From positions 448,001 to 512,000 of the forward strand of contig CAWDVW010000007.1 in the NCBI GenBank assembly GCA_963805855.1: 64,000 bases of DNA, in the 5' to 3' direction. Below the pieces are notes generated by a model. The model was not told where the DNA came from. It worked only from the letters and a program-made list of their open reading frames with translations, and searched no databases. Below are positions 52,953 through 64,000 of the stretch, piece after piece. This stretch comes from Candidatus Dadabacteria bacterium (GTDB lineage: Bacteria > Desulfobacterota_D > UBA1144 > Nemesobacterales > CSP1-2). Position numbers and translations under genes: made by a program. Position 1 is the stretch's first letter; each line of letters begins with the position of its first letter.

Positions 52953-55034
52953 CTATGCTTCGGATGCTCTTTCTTTATTAGCTTCTTCTATTATTTTATT
53001 CGCAATATGCGACGGCACCTCTTCGTAATGGTCGAATTCCTGGGTAAACGAGCCACGACCGCTGGTGATCGATCTTAGCTCAGGAGCATATGTCAAAACC
53101 TCTCCCATGGGTAACAATGCCTTGATAAGGTGCCCCGCAGCTTGAGGTTCAACGCCTAAGACCTTACCCCTTCTTGAATTAACATCGCCAATTACGTCGC
53201 CTACTGAATCTTCCGGCGTGAATATCTCCATACGCATTAAAGGTTCAAGAAGAACGGGATGAGCCGCTTCCATTGCCTTCTTAAAACCCATGGAGCCAGC
53301 AATCTGAAAAGCTATATCCGATGAATCAACAGTGTGATACTTACCGTCAAAAAGAGTTACTTTTACGTCCATAACAGGATACCCAGCCAACACACCTTTT
53401 TTTAGTGCCTCCCTCACCCCCTTTTCGACTGATGGGATAAAGTTTCTAGGAATTGCCCCGCCAACAATCTTGTCGACGAATTCAAAATCTTTGCCCCTCG
53501 GTAATGGCTCTATATCAAGCCAGGCATCGCCATACTGTCCCCTACCCCCCGTTTGTTTTATGTATTTACCTTCTGCTTTCGCACTTCCCTTAATCGTTTC
53601 TCTGTAGGGGACCTTTGGGGTTTGCAATTCAACATTTACACCATAGGTATGCTTCAATTTTTCAACGACAACCTCGACATGTGTCTGTCCGGTGCCGGAT
53701 ATTAGAAATTCTTTTGTTTCATCATCAATTCTAAAGGATATGGTTGGATCCTCTTCTTTGATTCGGTGCAGCGATGGCATGAGTTTATCCTCGTCTGACC
53801 TCGATTTGGGCTGAATAGCATAGGACATCACGGCTTGTGGGATTGTCACGGGAGGAATGACAACCGCATTTGACAGATCTGCAATTGTCTCGCCTGTCTG
53901 AATGCTTTTTAATTTGTTAACAGTTACTATGTCCCCAAATAAAGCACTGTTAACCGGCAGCTGTTTCTTTCCGATGATCCTGTATAACTGACCAATCTTC
54001 TCGCGCGAATTATTGTTAGAAATATAAATATTTGATTCTGACTTTAATGCACCGGAGAAAATTCTAAAAACGCTTATTTTCCCCGCATATGGATCAGAAA
54101 TCGTCTTGAAAACATATGCGGAAGTAGCCTCTTCAAGTTTGGGGAATATCTCTTTATCTTCGCCCTGGATGTCTTTCACCATCAAGGGTCGTCTGTCAAT
54201 TGGCGACGGCAAAAAACGGTTAATTGCGTCCATGATAATATTAATTCCAATTAACTTTGTAGCAGAACCTACATATAAAGGAACAACCTTTGAACTAAGC
54301 ACGCCCTCACGCAGCTTATTATTTATAACCTCGTTGTCAAGAGTTTCTCCCTCTAGATATTTTTCAAGTAGCTCGTCGTCTAATTCCGCAACTGCTTCGA
54401 TAATTCTCTCTCTATAAACCTTAGCCAGTTCTTCTATTTCGCCTGGTATCTTGTCTATCGTGTCTTTACCATCGACTCCGTATATATGGGCATTCATTTC
54501 TATCAAATCGACCACTCCCGTAAAATCCTGGTCTTTACCGATCGGGATTGTTAACGGAATGATTCTGGCCTGTATTTCCTTTCCGAGTTCTGCAATTGCA
54601 TTTTCAAAACTAGATCTTTCTTTATCCAGTTTATTAATGAACAACAGCTTAGGAATACCCTGCTGCGAAGCCATTTGCCAAAACTTTCTTACCTGTGTTC
54701 TTACGCCAGGCACGGCGTTTAACATCACTATTGCGGAATCTACTACCTTTAGAGAACACTCGGTTTCATATAAAAAATTCATAAATCCGGGAGTATCGAT
54801 TATGTTAACCAGGTGATCATTCCACTGATAAAACGCAATATGTGAGTTGATTGACATCCTTCTGTTCTTTTCCTCCAGTTCATATTCTAACGTGGAAGAA
54901 CCATTGTCTACAGTTCCCAGCTTATCGGTAGCTCCGCCGAGAAATAACATGGCTTCTGCAACGGAGGTTTTGCCTTCGCCATGATTGCCGATAATAGCCA
55001 AGTTTCGGATGCTTTCTCTAGGTAAGTCCGTCAT
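52953..55034 (-). CDS. Elongation factor G-like protein (EF-G2 paralogue)
   Basis: EF-G length and motifs (DTPG, NKLD, KQTGGRGQYG) with divergent G1/G2 (GNHGEGKT, RRMSI); outside the str operon. Confidence 0.9.
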   Translation of the reverse strand: MTDLPRESIRNLAIIGNHGEGKTSVAEAMLFLGGATDKLGTVDNGSSTLEYELEEKNRRMSINSHIAFYQWNDHLVNIIDTPGFMNFLYETECSLKVVDSAIVMLNAVPGVRTQVRKFWQMASQQGIPKLLFINKLDKERSSFENAIAELGKEIQARIIPLTIPIGKDQDFTGVVDLIEMNAHIYGVDGKDTIDKIPGEIEELAKVYRERIIEAVAELDDELLEKYLEGETLDNEVINNKLREGVLSSKVVPLYVGSATKLIGINIIMDAINRFLPSPIDRRPLMVKDIQGEDKEIFPKLEEATSAYVFKTISDPYAGKISVFRIFSGALKSESNIYISNNNSREKIGQLYRIIGKKQLPVNSALFGDIVTVNKLKSIQTGETIADLSNAVVIPPVTIPQAVMSYAIQPKSRSDEDKLMPSLHRIKEEDPTISFRIDDETKEFLISGTGQTHVEVVVEKLKHTYGVNVELQTPKVPYRETIKGSAKAEGKYIKQTGGRGQYGDAWLDIEPLPRGKDFEFVDKIVGGAIPRNFIPSVEKGVREALKKGVLAGYPVMDVKVTLFDGKYHTVDSSDIAFQIAGSMGFKKAMEAAHPVLLEPLMRMEIFTPEDSVGDVIGDVNSRRGKVLGVEPQAAGHLIKALLPMGEVLTYAPELRSITSGRGSFTQEFDHYEEVPSHIANKIIEEANKERASEA

Positions 55035-55159
55035 ATGATCTCCTTCCTATGGGAATTTTGATATTATAGAGTAATAGGTATTTACTTGTAAAGTAATTTT
55101 TAAAAAATTGCTCAGTTTAATTATAAGGATGGTGTTAGCGGTTATAGTTCGAAAACAAA

Positions 55160-55372
55160 CTAAGAAGCTTTATTATCTTTGTATTTTCTGCGAAAACGTT
55201 CGACTCTACCTTTTGAAGCCGTTGCTCGTTCCCTACCCGTATAAAATGGATGACAATTTGAGCATATTTCCACGGTAAAGTTTTCGATCCTCGCAGATCT
55301 GGTCTTATGAACAGCACCACACGCGCACGTTATACTGACCTCTTTGTACTCCGGGTGAATCCCTGCTTTCAT
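55160..55372 (-). CDS. rpmE: 50S ribosomal protein L31 (zinc-binding type)
   Basis: MKxGIHPEY, CACG, CSNCHPFYTG, GRVERF. Confidence 0.96.
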   Translation of the reverse strand: MKAGIHPEYKEVSITCACGAVHKTRSARIENFTVEICSNCHPFYTGRERATASKGRVERFRRKYKDNKAS

Positions 55373-55581
55373 GTATGACCTCCATTAAGGCTTTTGAAAT
55401 AAAAACATTAAAACCTTAACCCATTTATCTTTTATGTTCAAAGAAAAACTATAAGTGAATCGTATAAAGCTAACATTGAAACCACACACTGGCAAACCCT
55501 TTCAGAATTAATAATTGATTAGGAAAATCAGAGAAGACCATGTTTTGTCCGGATCATCATTTATCTGTATACAATGGCAAA

Positions 55582-57525
55582 CTATTTTTCGGTGAATTCC
55601 GCATCTATAACGTCATCACCTCCGTCTTTTTTCTGTTGGGTACCCTCCGATTCCGCTGCCTCACCTTCAGCAGGCCCCTCGGCACCAAATCCGTCTTCAC
55701 CCTCTGACGCACCACCCTCGGCAGCCTGCTTATACATCAGTTCTGCTATCTTATGCGATGCCTTGGTAATTCTCTCCACCGAACCTTGAATTTTGCCTAA
55801 ATCCTCATCCTTTACTGCCTGTTTTCCTTCTTCCAGTGATTCTTCGAGCTCTTTCCTTTCGTCATCAGAAAGCCTGTCTTTAAACTCCTTGAAGCTCTTC
55901 TCTGTGCGATAGATCAATTCATCAAGTTTATTCCGATTATCAACTAATTCTCGACGCTTTGTGTCTTCCTCTTCTTTTTCCTCGGCATCTCTAACCATCT
56001 GGTCAATTTCTTCCTTGCTTAATCCGCTAGATGCCTCAACCCTTATCTTTTGTTCTTTCTGTGTAGCAAGGTCTTTTGCAGAAACATGCAGAATTCCATC
56101 AGCATCAATATCAAATGCCACTTCAACCTGTGGAATACCCCTCGGCGATGGAGGGATTCCATCGAGGATAAACCTCGCCAGTGCCCTATTATCTCGAGCC
56201 ATGGGACGCTCCCCCTGAAGCACATGAATCTCAACCGAAGTCTGGTTGTCTTCTGCAGTCGTAAAGACCTGACTCTTTTTTGTAGGTATAGTCGTATTTC
56301 TAGTTATAATTGAAGTCCTGACTCCGCCTAGTGTCTCAATACCGAGAGAAAGAGGCGTGACATCAAGCAGAAGCATATCTCTGACGTCACCACCTAAAAC
56401 AGCGGCTTGTATCGCAGCACCGACAGCTACAACCTCATCCGGATTTATTCCCTTATGAGGTTCTTTGCCAAAAAAGTCCGTTACCACTCTTTGTACGAGC
56501 GGTATTCTCGTTGAACCGCCGACCAATACAACTTCGCTTATGTCACTCGCTCTCATACCAGCGTCCTTCAGGGCCTGGCGGCAGGGCTCCAATGTTCCCT
56601 TTATAAGGTCTTCCACGAGCTGCTCAAATTTTGCGCGTGTTATTTTCATTACGAGGTGCCTGGGACCGGCCGCATCAGCTGTGATAAAGGGTAAATTAAT
56701 CTCCGTTTCCATCGTCGAAGAAAGCTCGATCTTTGCCTTTTCCGCGGCTTCTCGGAGCCTTTGAATTGCCATTTTATCTCTGCCTAGATCGATTCCCGAA
56801 TCCTTTTTAAATTCAGATATTATGTAATCCATCAATAGTACATCAAAGTCGTCGCCGCCAAGATGAGTGTCACCATTAGTAGATTTCACTTCTATTACAT
56901 TATCACCGACTTCCAGGATAGATATGTCAAATGTACCTCCGCCAAGATCATAAACGGCGATTATGCCCTCTTTCTTCTTGTCGAAACCATAAGCGAGAGC
57001 AGCAGCAGTAGGCTCGTTTATTATCCTCTTCACCTCTAAGCCCGCAATCTTTCCTGCATCTTTTGTGGCCTGCCTCTGACTGTCGTTGAAATAGGCCGGC
57101 ACGGTTATTACAGCTTCTTTGACTTCTCCGCCAAGATATGTTTCTGCTGCTTTTTTCAGCTTCATTAGAACATGAGCGGATATCTCAGGTGGGGAGTACT
57201 CCTTTCCACTCACGCTCACCCACGCGTCTCCGTTTTTATTCTTTACCAGTTTATAAGGTAATCTCTTAATCTCATCCCCAACCTCTTCAAAACGTCTTCC
57301 CATCAGTCTCTTGATCGAGAAAATTGTATTTTCAGGATTAACTACAGATTGTCTTTTAGCAGGCCCACCAACTAAAATCTCTCCGTCCTTTGTAAACGCC
57401 ACGATTGATGGTGTAATCCTGGCACCCTCTTCATTTATAAGCACCTTAGGCTCACCACCTTCTACTAATGCCACAACAGAGTTTGTGGTACCTAAATCAA
57501 TTCCAATAATTTTAGCACTGGCCAT
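55582..57525 (-). CDS. dnaK: Chaperone DnaK
   Basis: [32 protein letters not shown]. Confidence 0.98.
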   Translation of the reverse strand: MASAKIIGIDLGTTNSVVALVEGGEPKVLINEEGARITPSIVAFTKDGEILVGGPAKRQSVVNPENTIFSIKRLMGRRFEEVGDEIKRLPYKLVKNKNGDAWVSVSGKEYSPPEISAHVLMKLKKAAETYLGGEVKEAVITVPAYFNDSQRQATKDAGKIAGLEVKRIINEPTAAALAYGFDKKKEGIIAVYDLGGGTFDISILEVGDNVIEVKSTNGDTHLGGDDFDVLLMDYIISEFKKDSGIDLGRDKMAIQRLREAAEKAKIELSSTMETEINLPFITADAAGPRHLVMKITRAKFEQLVEDLIKGTLEPCRQALKDAGMRASDISEVVLVGGSTRIPLVQRVVTDFFGKEPHKGINPDEVVAVGAAIQAAVLGGDVRDMLLLDVTPLSLGIETLGGVRTSIITRNTTIPTKKSQVFTTAEDNQTSVEIHVLQGERPMARDNRALARFILDGIPPSPRGIPQVEVAFDIDADGILHVSAKDLATQKEQKIRVEASSGLSKEEIDQMVRDAEEKEEEDTKRRELVDNRNKLDELIYRTEKSFKEFKDRLSDDERKELEESLEEGKQAVKDEDLGKIQGSVERITKASHKIAELMYKQAAEGGASEGEDGFGAEGPAEGEAAESEGTQQKKDGGDDVIDAEFTEK

Positions 57526-58423
57526 AAATATCTCCTCCTAAAGACTCAATTTCTCTAAAAGTGTTAATTGAATTTGTATTGACATATTGTTTTTCTATGA
57601 CTGATCGAATTTTGTTCAATGCTTCTCTTTCAATCTGTCGAACCCTTTCTTTAGAGATTCCTAATTCTTCCCCAAGTTCTCTCAGCTTTTTAGGAGGGCT
57701 AGAAATGAATCTCCCTTCGATGACGCAACGCTGTTTTTCAGAAAGCTTGTCAACTCCCTGCTTAAGGCCTTCATAAGTTAGTTCATCAGCTTCGCGTTGT
57801 TCAACAATTTCTTCTTGATTCTTTCGATAGTCCGGCAATGAATCAATATAGGTTGATGATTCATCATCACCGATGTGTTTGTCTAGAGAAAAATCCCTTG
57901 AAGCAAGTCTAATCTCCATAGTTAACACATCTTTCTCTCTAACTCCGAATGAATCGGCAACGGACTTAAGATCTTCAGGTCCCAATTTGTCTTTTTCTAT
58001 ATTCAATTTCTTCTTCGCATTCCCAATTTTTTGGAATAGCTTTCTCTGAGCTTGAGTTGTCCCAATTTTTACTAAGCTCCAAGAGCTCATAATAAAATTA
58101 TGTATCCTTGCTTTAATCCACCATACTGCATATGAGATCAGTCTGTAACCCTTATGGGGATTAAATCTCTTTACCGCCTGCATCAAACCTATTGTTCCCT
58201 CTTGGATTAGATCCGAAACCGGGAATCCATATGAGATGTACTCGTTCGCAATTTTTATGACAAATCTCAGGTTTGATACAACAAGTTTCTTTGCCGCCTC
58301 AATATCATTTTCCTCATAGTGCTTTAGGGCAAGCTGATATTCGTCCTCCCTGCTGAGTAGAGGATACCTCTCAACTTCCTTAAGAAAAAAGTTTACAGAA
58401 TCTCGTACGGCAATTTGTTGCAT
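57512..58423 (-). CDS. rpoH: RNA polymerase sigma-32 factor
   Basis: DLIQEG, YAVWWI, RpoH box [15 protein letters not shown]. Confidence 0.88.
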   Translation of the reverse strand: MQQIAVRDSVNFFLKEVERYPLLSREDEYQLALKHYEENDIEAAKKLVVSNLRFVIKIANEYISYGFPVSDLIQEGTIGLMQAVKRFNPHKGYRLISYAVWWIKARIHNFIMSSWSLVKIGTTQAQRKLFQKIGNAKKKLNIEKDKLGPEDLKSVADSFGVREKDVLTMEIRLASRDFSLDKHIGDDESSTYIDSLPDYRKNQEEIVEQREADELTYEGLKQGVDKLSEKQRCVIEGRFISSPPKKLRELGEELGISKERVRQIEREALNKIRSVIEKQYVNTNSINTFREIESLGGDIYGQC

Positions 58424-58595
58424 ATTTTTTAATCCGCGTCCAATACACTCAAACTAATCATTATAAGCTAAAAGTCAAGGGAAAAAGGATGGTTACAATA
58501 GCTATAAACGTAAAATTATGAGCAGCTTACTTCCTATTGCAGCTGAATAGTATTCCTTTTAATGTTATTGATAAATGGAATGCCTGAAGACGGAC

Positions 58596-59756
58596 CTATC
58601 TGGCAACCGACACTACTCGTGCGGCAGCTTCTTGCATTTCGGCCCCCGTGAGAATATTTAGCCCAGATTCGGATAGCCTTTTCCTGCCAAGTTCCACATT
58701 GGTGCCCTCAAGCCTAACAACAAGTGGCACGTTCATTCCAACGTCTTTCACCGCTGTGACTATGCCAGATGCTATTGTGTCGCATTTCATTATGCCACCA
58801 AATATATTCACAAAAATGGCCTTAACGTTTGGATCGCTTAGTATCATCTTGAATGCCTGCGTTACTTGATCCGAGTCTGCACCCCCGCCAACATCCAAAA
58901 AATTAGCTGGTTCCCCGCCGTAGTATTTAATAATGTCCATGGTCGCCATTGCCAACCCAGCTCCATTAACAAGACATCCTATATTGCCACCTAGCTTGAC
59001 ATAGCTAATTCCCCAAGATTTCGCCTCCAGTTCCGCTGGATCCTCTTCATCAGGATCACGCAGCTTCTCAATTTCAGGATGACGAAATAAGGCGTTGTCG
59101 TCAAAGTTAAGCTTTGCATCCAATGCCAAGACCTCTTCTTCGTTCGTAACTATAAGCGGATTGATTTCAGCAAGAGAGCAATCATTTTCGATAAAGGCTC
59201 TATAGAGACCTGTGATCAGACTGACCGCTCTATTTACTACTTTTCCTTCGAAACCCAAAAAATATGCTATACTTCTGCACTGAAATGGAAGAAGGCCCAA
59301 AGAAGGGTCTACATATTCTTTGATAATCCTTTCAGGGTGTGTTCTTGCAATCTCTTCAATTTCTACTCCACCCTCCCCGCTCGCCATGATGACGACTCTT
59401 TCTTTTTCCCTATCAATTACCATCCCTAAATAACATTCTCTCTTAATCTCGGAAGCCTCCTCTATTAATACCTTTCTAACTATCTTACCTTCCGGTTCAG
59501 TCTGATGGGTTACAAGACCCATTCCTATTAGTTCAGACACTATCTGAGGGATTTCACTTGGAGAATTAGAAAGTTTTATGCCACCTCCTTTGCCTCTACC
59601 ACCTGCGTGTATTTGTGCCTTTACGACATATTTATTCACACCTAGATCCTTTGCTATTTGTTCTGCCTCATCTTCGCTAAAAGCAACTTTTCCGGTCGGC
59701 ACCTTTACCCCGTACTTAGAAAGCAATTCCTTTGCTTGATACTCATGAATATTCAC
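58596..59756 (-). CDS. sucC: Succinyl-CoA ligase beta subunit
   Basis: [28 protein letters not shown]. Confidence 0.95.
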   Translation of the reverse strand: MNIHEYQAKELLSKYGVKVPTGKVAFSEDEAEQIAKDLGVNKYVVKAQIHAGGRGKGGGIKLSNSPSEIPQIVSELIGMGLVTHQTEPEGKIVRKVLIEEASEIKRECYLGMVIDREKERVVIMASGEGGVEIEEIARTHPERIIKEYVDPSLGLLPFQCRSIAYFLGFEGKVVNRAVSLITGLYRAFIENDCSLAEINPLIVTNEEEVLALDAKLNFDDNALFRHPEIEKLRDPDEEDPAELEAKSWGISYVKLGGNIGCLVNGAGLAMATMDIIKYYGGEPANFLDVGGGADSDQVTQAFKMILSDPNVKAIFVNIFGGIMKCDTIASGIVTAVKDVGMNVPLVVRLEGTNVELGRKRLSESGLNILTGAEMQEAAARVVSVAR

Positions 59757-59881
59757 TTATCTAGTGCCTCCTTTTAGATTATGTGTTATGACATTAATAG
59801 ATTAATAATTGCCAATTAAGTGAGGATGTGGGACCAATTACCTAAATGATATTATCTTTACTTCAAGATCGATTAGCAGTT

Positions 59882-60235
59882 TTATGAAAAATTCCACAAA
59901 ACTACAGCTGTGAGGAGCGTTCCAACAATTGCACTTCCATAGCAAATTACTGAAATCGCGGGGCGAAATTTCGAAAGTCCTACATCGATTAATATTGAAC
60001 GAAACCTATGAGCAAAGTGAAAAAAAGGAAAAACGATAAGACAAAAAATCAAGATCCTAATAATTGGGTTCGCAACTGCTCCGTGAATTCTTTCGTAAAG
60101 AAACGCGTCTTTGCCGGTTACTGTAAATGGGATTACGATACCACTAATTAAGATTAATATAGGTATAAATAGGGCTGAAACAACTCCGCCAGCTGCAAAT
60201 AAAGACCACCAAATTGCATCGTTTGACTTTCTCAT
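59882..60235 (-). CDS. frdD: Fumarate reductase membrane anchor D
   Basis: SN.AIWWSLFAAGG, HFAHR, 3 TM segments. Confidence 0.85.
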   Translation of the reverse strand: MRKSNDAIWWSLFAAGGVVSALFIPILILISGIVIPFTVTGKDAFLYERIHGAVANPIIRILIFCLIVFPFFHFAHRFRSILIDVGLSKFRPAISVICYGSAIVGTLLTAVVLWNFS

Positions 60236-60237
60236 TC

Positions 60238-60621
60238 TCACACCACCGAGATTATCCAGACCAGGATAGCGGAAACCACGACCCATGCAACAAAATTCGC
60301 CCCCGATATCAGAAATGAAGGTATTCGCTCCTCTCCAATCCTTAAGACCATTATCTTTGGAGTAAGTTTAAACCAAGTAATACTGTGATACACAGCGAAA
60401 ATGAAGGCAATTATGTGGAGTATTATCGATAGAGGCGACTTCAATGCTTCGATCACTCCGTAATAGGCATCTGGACCCTGGGAGAGCTTATGTATGAAAT
60501 ACACCAGAAAAACGCAATACCCGGCAACAAAAATTGAGGTGAATTCTCTAACCATAAATAAGAAATAAGGGCGCCTACTCAACCACCAGGTATTTGGGTA
60601 CTGACGAACATAGGGATTCAT
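60238..60621 (-). CDS. frdC: Fumarate reductase membrane anchor C
   Basis: PYVR...TWW...[18 protein letters not shown]. Confidence 0.87.
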   Translation of the reverse strand: MNPYVRQYPNTWWLSRRPYFLFMVREFTSIFVAGYCVFLVYFIHKLSQGPDAYYGVIEALKSPLSIILHIIAFIFAVYHSITWFKLTPKIMVLRIGEERIPSFLISGANFVAWVVVSAILVWIISVV

Positions 60622-61376
60622 TTGCTCTTCCCTCCCCAAGGAACTATCACATTCTTAAAATAATCGATTGTTCCCGACACCTTACCCCTCTGAATAGCCG
60701 CGGCAGGATCGACGTCCTTCGGGCAAACCTCTGAGCATTCGCCAACGAAGGTGCATTCCCATACCCCTTCGTTACTCGCGATGACTTCCTGTCTTTTTTC
60801 GCGGCCCTGATCGCGAGAATCCATGTTATATCGCTGTGCCAGGGCAATTGCTGCTGGGCCAATAAACGAGTTATCTATAGCGTAAACAGGGCAGGCAGCG
60901 TAACAAAGCATGCAATTGATACACATAGAGTACTGCTTGTAGGCAGCCAGTTCAGCGGGTGTTTGCAGGTATTCTCCTTCTTCTAGTGATTTTTCCTCTC
61001 CCTCCTTCCGAATGATCCAAGGCTTGATTTCTTCCAATTTATTTATGAAGTCGTCCATTACGATGACTAAATCCCTCTGAATAGGAAATCCGTTCAGTGG
61101 TTCAACTCTAATCTTTTCGGGATAATAATCTTTAAGAAACGCAGCACAGGTGAGTTTTGGTACACCGTTAACCATCATTCCACAACTCCCACATACACCC
61201 ATTCTACATGACCAACGGTATGATAACGTCCCATCTATATTATCCTTTATGTGATTAATAGCATCTAAAACGACCCACTCCTTCTTGAAGGGTATCACAT
61301 AGGTTTGAAAAGAAGGCTTTTGGTCCTGCTCCGGTCGATAGCGTAGAATCTCCAATTCCATAGTCTTCTCTGTCAT
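60618..61376 (-). CDS. frdB: Fumarate reductase iron-sulfur subunit
   Basis: [36 protein letters not shown]. Confidence 0.93.
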   Translation of the reverse strand: MTEKTMELEILRYRPEQDQKPSFQTYVIPFKKEWVVLDAINHIKDNIDGTLSYRWSCRMGVCGSCGMMVNGVPKLTCAAFLKDYYPEKIRVEPLNGFPIQRDLVIVMDDFINKLEEIKPWIIRKEGEEKSLEEGEYLQTPAELAAYKQYSMCINCMLCYAACPVYAIDNSFIGPAAIALAQRYNMDSRDQGREKRQEVIASNEGVWECTFVGECSEVCPKDVDPAAAIQRGKVSGTIDYFKNVIVPWGGKSK

Positions 61377-61379
61377 TTA

Positions 61380-63131
61380 TTATCTCCCATAAACTCGCTC
61401 TTCGGGGGGCCAGCTCGTGATTACTACATCTTTATACTCTATCTTTGGCCCGTCAGGCGTCCGCAATGCGAGAGAATGCTTCAGGAATTCCTTGTCATTC
61501 CGGTCTGGGAAATCGGTTCGCTGATGCGAACCACGGCTTTCTGTCCGCGCGAGCGCACTGTGAGCTAGAGCCTGCGCGACATCTATCATGAAATCCAACT
61601 CAAGCGCCGAAGCAAGTTCTGTATTAAATGTGAGACTCCTATCTTCAATTACTATATTACCGAATCGACCGCGGAGTTCAGCCAAGGTGTCACACGTATC
61701 TTTTAAGCTATTCTCAGACCTATAAATGCCTGCGCCCGTCTCCATGGCCTTGGTCATTTCCTGCCTCAGATCTGCTATGCGTTCTGTGCCGCCTTGCTTA
61801 CCGGTGAAGTTATTTTTAATTCTTGTCAGCTCATCTGCGCCCTGTTTCTTCAGCGAATCCATGTTTATTTCGGTGTTTTCCATCGCAAATCTAGCCGCCG
61901 ACCTGCCCGCCCTAGCTCCGAACACGAGAAGTTCGGTGAGAGAGTTTGAACCCAGCCTGTTAGCGCCGTTGATTGAAACACATGCAACCTCTCCTGCCGC
62001 GAATAGTCCCGGCAAACCGGTTGCACCGTCATTATCAGTATCTATACCACCCATGCAGTAATGGACCACAGGGCGTACAGGTATGGGATCGTACACGGGG
62101 TCTATTCCAGCATATTTAGAAGCGAGCTCGCGCACGAATGGTATTTTCTTATTTATTTTTTTCTCACCAAGGTGTCTTACATCCAGTTGAACATAGTGAC
62201 CGAATTCACCAGTGAATGTCCTGCCCTTGTCAACCTCTTTCATGAAAGCCTGGCTAAGTCGATCTCGAGGTCCGAGCTCCATACTCTTTTTCACGGGATG
62301 GTCGGGGTCAGAAACATCTAAGGGTTTACCCAGATCGTAGTCCTGAAGATATCTATAGCCGTCCTTGTTTACCATTATCCCACCCTCTCCGCGAGCGGCT
62401 TCCGTGATTAAGATTCCAGTTCCAGGAAGACCCGTTGGGTGATATTGTACAAATTCCATATCCTTTAAAGCTACCCCAGCACGATATGCTAAAGCCATTC
62501 CATCTCCAGTTTTAATCGCTCCGTTGGTTGTAAACGGAAATACTCGACCGGCCCCGCCCGTGCATATTATCACCGCCCTAGCGGCGATTACCTCAACATT
62601 GCCAGTCCTCAATTCCAATGCTGTTATCCCCTGGCATCTACCGCTTTCAACCAGAATATTTGTTGCAAACCACTCATCGTATGAAGTTAAGTTTCCATAT
62701 TTCAAGGAGGTCTGATACAGTGTGTGGAGCATATGAAAGCCCGTCTTGTCAGCGGCAAACCATGTGCGTTCAATTTTCATACCGCCAAAAGGTCGAACAG
62801 CAACCTTCCCATTCGGCTCTCTACTCCAAGGGCAACCCCAATGTTCAATTTGTATCAGTTCTTCAGGGGCTTCCTTAATAAAAATCTCGACAGCATCCTG
62901 ATCAGCGAGCCAGTCACTTCCAGCTACAGTATCTTTAAAATGGTTTTCCATGCTGTCATTATCCTTAATTACGGCAGCAGCCCCGCCCTCGGCGGACACA
63001 GTATGGCTTCGCATAGGATAAACCTTGCTTATCATTCCGACGCTGAATTTTGGGTTTTCCTCGGCAACGGCTATAGCAGCGCGTAATCCAGCCCCACCAC
63101 CTCCGACAATGATAACATCATGTACCGGCAT
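61380..63131 (-). CDS. frdA: Fumarate reductase flavoprotein subunit
   Basis: [36 protein letters not shown]. Confidence 0.94.
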   Translation of the reverse strand: MPVHDVIIVGGGGAGLRAAIAVAEENPKFSVGMISKVYPMRSHTVSAEGGAAAVIKDNDSMENHFKDTVAGSDWLADQDAVEIFIKEAPEELIQIEHWGCPWSREPNGKVAVRPFGGMKIERTWFAADKTGFHMLHTLYQTSLKYGNLTSYDEWFATNILVESGRCQGITALELRTGNVEVIAARAVIICTGGAGRVFPFTTNGAIKTGDGMALAYRAGVALKDMEFVQYHPTGLPGTGILITEAARGEGGIMVNKDGYRYLQDYDLGKPLDVSDPDHPVKKSMELGPRDRLSQAFMKEVDKGRTFTGEFGHYVQLDVRHLGEKKINKKIPFVRELASKYAGIDPVYDPIPVRPVVHYCMGGIDTDNDGATGLPGLFAAGEVACVSINGANRLGSNSLTELLVFGARAGRSAARFAMENTEINMDSLKKQGADELTRIKNNFTGKQGGTERIADLRQEMTKAMETGAGIYRSENSLKDTCDTLAELRGRFGNIVIEDRSLTFNTELASALELDFMIDVAQALAHSALARTESRGSHQRTDFPDRNDKEFLKHSLALRTPDGPKIEYKDVVITSWPPEERVYGR

Positions 63132-63283
63132 TTAGAAAGTTCCTTTTCTTTGCAAATTATAGGGCATCGTTAATGAACATTTTTGATGAGCTAGAATCAA
63201 AAACCCTCGTGAAAACATCAAAACAAATTGTCGAATCTTGGTGTAACAACGGGTCATCTGATTACCGATCACTCGGGTGAGGA

Positions 63284-63311
63284 AGTATAATAATTTAATA
63301 TAGAAAGTCAA
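63284..63311 (-). promoter_or_regulatory. Sigma70 promoter of frd operon
   Basis: TTGACT-16bp-TATACT on minus strand. Confidence 0.55.
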
Positions 63312-63348
63312 GATTATTTAAAGAGGTACAATAAAAAAGTAACTCAAT

Positions 63349-63507
63349 TTGTATCAAGAAATTTGTCACTTAAATCTTATATATCTCCTTCCAAAAAAGG
63401 TGGATGACAACGATATTAAGGCAAAATATGAAGAAGGGGTTATCGAATTAATTATTCCAAAAACCGGGCAACCAAAGCCACAGAATATAAAAATCGAAAC
63501 TGTGTAA
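63349..63507 (+). pseudogene. Hsp20/alpha-crystallin C-terminal fragment
   Basis: LPKKVDDNDIKAKYEEGVIELIIPK..KPQNIKIE*; in-frame TAA at 63340. Confidence 0.65.
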
Positions 63508-63562
63508 TTTAAGAACAAGCTACTCTTCGAATTGATAAATACACTGTATAGCCTTGCCACTA

Positions 63563-64000
63563 TTAATCCCTGCTAATTACAGTTATGTCTTTTCTGGAGC
63601 GCTCATGATAAGGCTTTTTTAGGTGTCGTGAGTAGTGTTCCAACATCCATAACTCTGGAATAATTTCGCCAATGATATCACCATCGTCAAATACTCTGAC
63701 GATCGAGCTTTCAGAGACCACTACAGCCACAGTATTAGTGTGTTTAGTAATCGAAGCAGCTGCCATATGACGACTACCCAATCCCAGAGGCAAGTCAATT
63801 CCCCTAGAAGATGCGTTAATATATCTGCACGCAGAGATAACCACCCCGTCATCCGCAACTATAAAGGCCCCATCTAGCTGAGATAACTCCTTGACAGTCT
63901 CTCGCATGTTGTAATCTTCTATATGTTTTACACTCGGAGGATGTCCAAAAAGAGGGTCAAGGATTAAACACTTAGAATATCTAATTACCTTTTCGGAATC
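63563..64000 (-). CDS. Second DAC (DisA_N) domain diadenylate cyclase, C-terminal part
   Basis: KELSQLDGAFIV, GLGSRHMAAA, VVSES; frame open to window end. Confidence 0.85.
   Translation of the reverse strand, partial: DSEKVIRYSKCLILDPLFGHPPSVKHIEDYNMRETVKELSQLDGAFIVADDGVVISACRYINASSRGIDLPLGLGSRHMAAASITKHTNTVAVVVSESSIVRVFDDGDIIGEIIPELWMLEHYSRHLKKPYHERSRKDITVISRD

Noticed and set aside
57505-57570. CIRCE at dnaK
   Set aside because: TTAGCACTG is simply the dnaK codons for ASAK; other half-sites have the wrong spacing
63366-63560. 64-aa minus-strand ORF
   Set aside because: Antisense to the Hsp20 fragment

Overview
Bacterial chromosomal segment, AT-rich by eye. Gene content and synteny (ftsH-folP-cdaA-cdaR-glmM-pdxJ, xerD-S2P-scpAB, rpoH together with hrcA) suggest a deltaproteobacteria-like diderm, possibly Ca. 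Dadabacteria; this is inference only. It is mostly housekeeping: PBP1A, cysK, folC, metK/ahcY, a heat-shock cluster, EF-G2, sucC and frdABCD. There are two accessory zones. The first (about 0.2-4.2 kb) holds a dif-like XerCD site, a sugar kinase, a frameshifted gene and an atypical PIN toxin-antitoxin pair. The second (about 29-49 kb) holds a sugar ABC transporter, a CBM48-esterase, a CHASE2 adenylate cyclase/SH3/M48 module, a GH63-like hydrolase, an LLM oxidoreductase and a ThrC-like enzyme with a sulfur-carrier protein. Top observations: (i) three same-orientation copies of a ~160-nt element predicted to fold into an H-type pseudoknot plus a long covarying hairpin; (ii) a duplicated sigma70 promoter plus gene-start remnant bracketing the 4.3-kb cyclase-SH3-M48 cassette; (iii) a probable ATT start codon for the deacetylase gene; (iv) a dif-like site; (v) nested REP-like palindromes. 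No rRNA, tRNA, CRISPR array or intact transposase was seen. All calls were made by eye from motifs; no searches were run.
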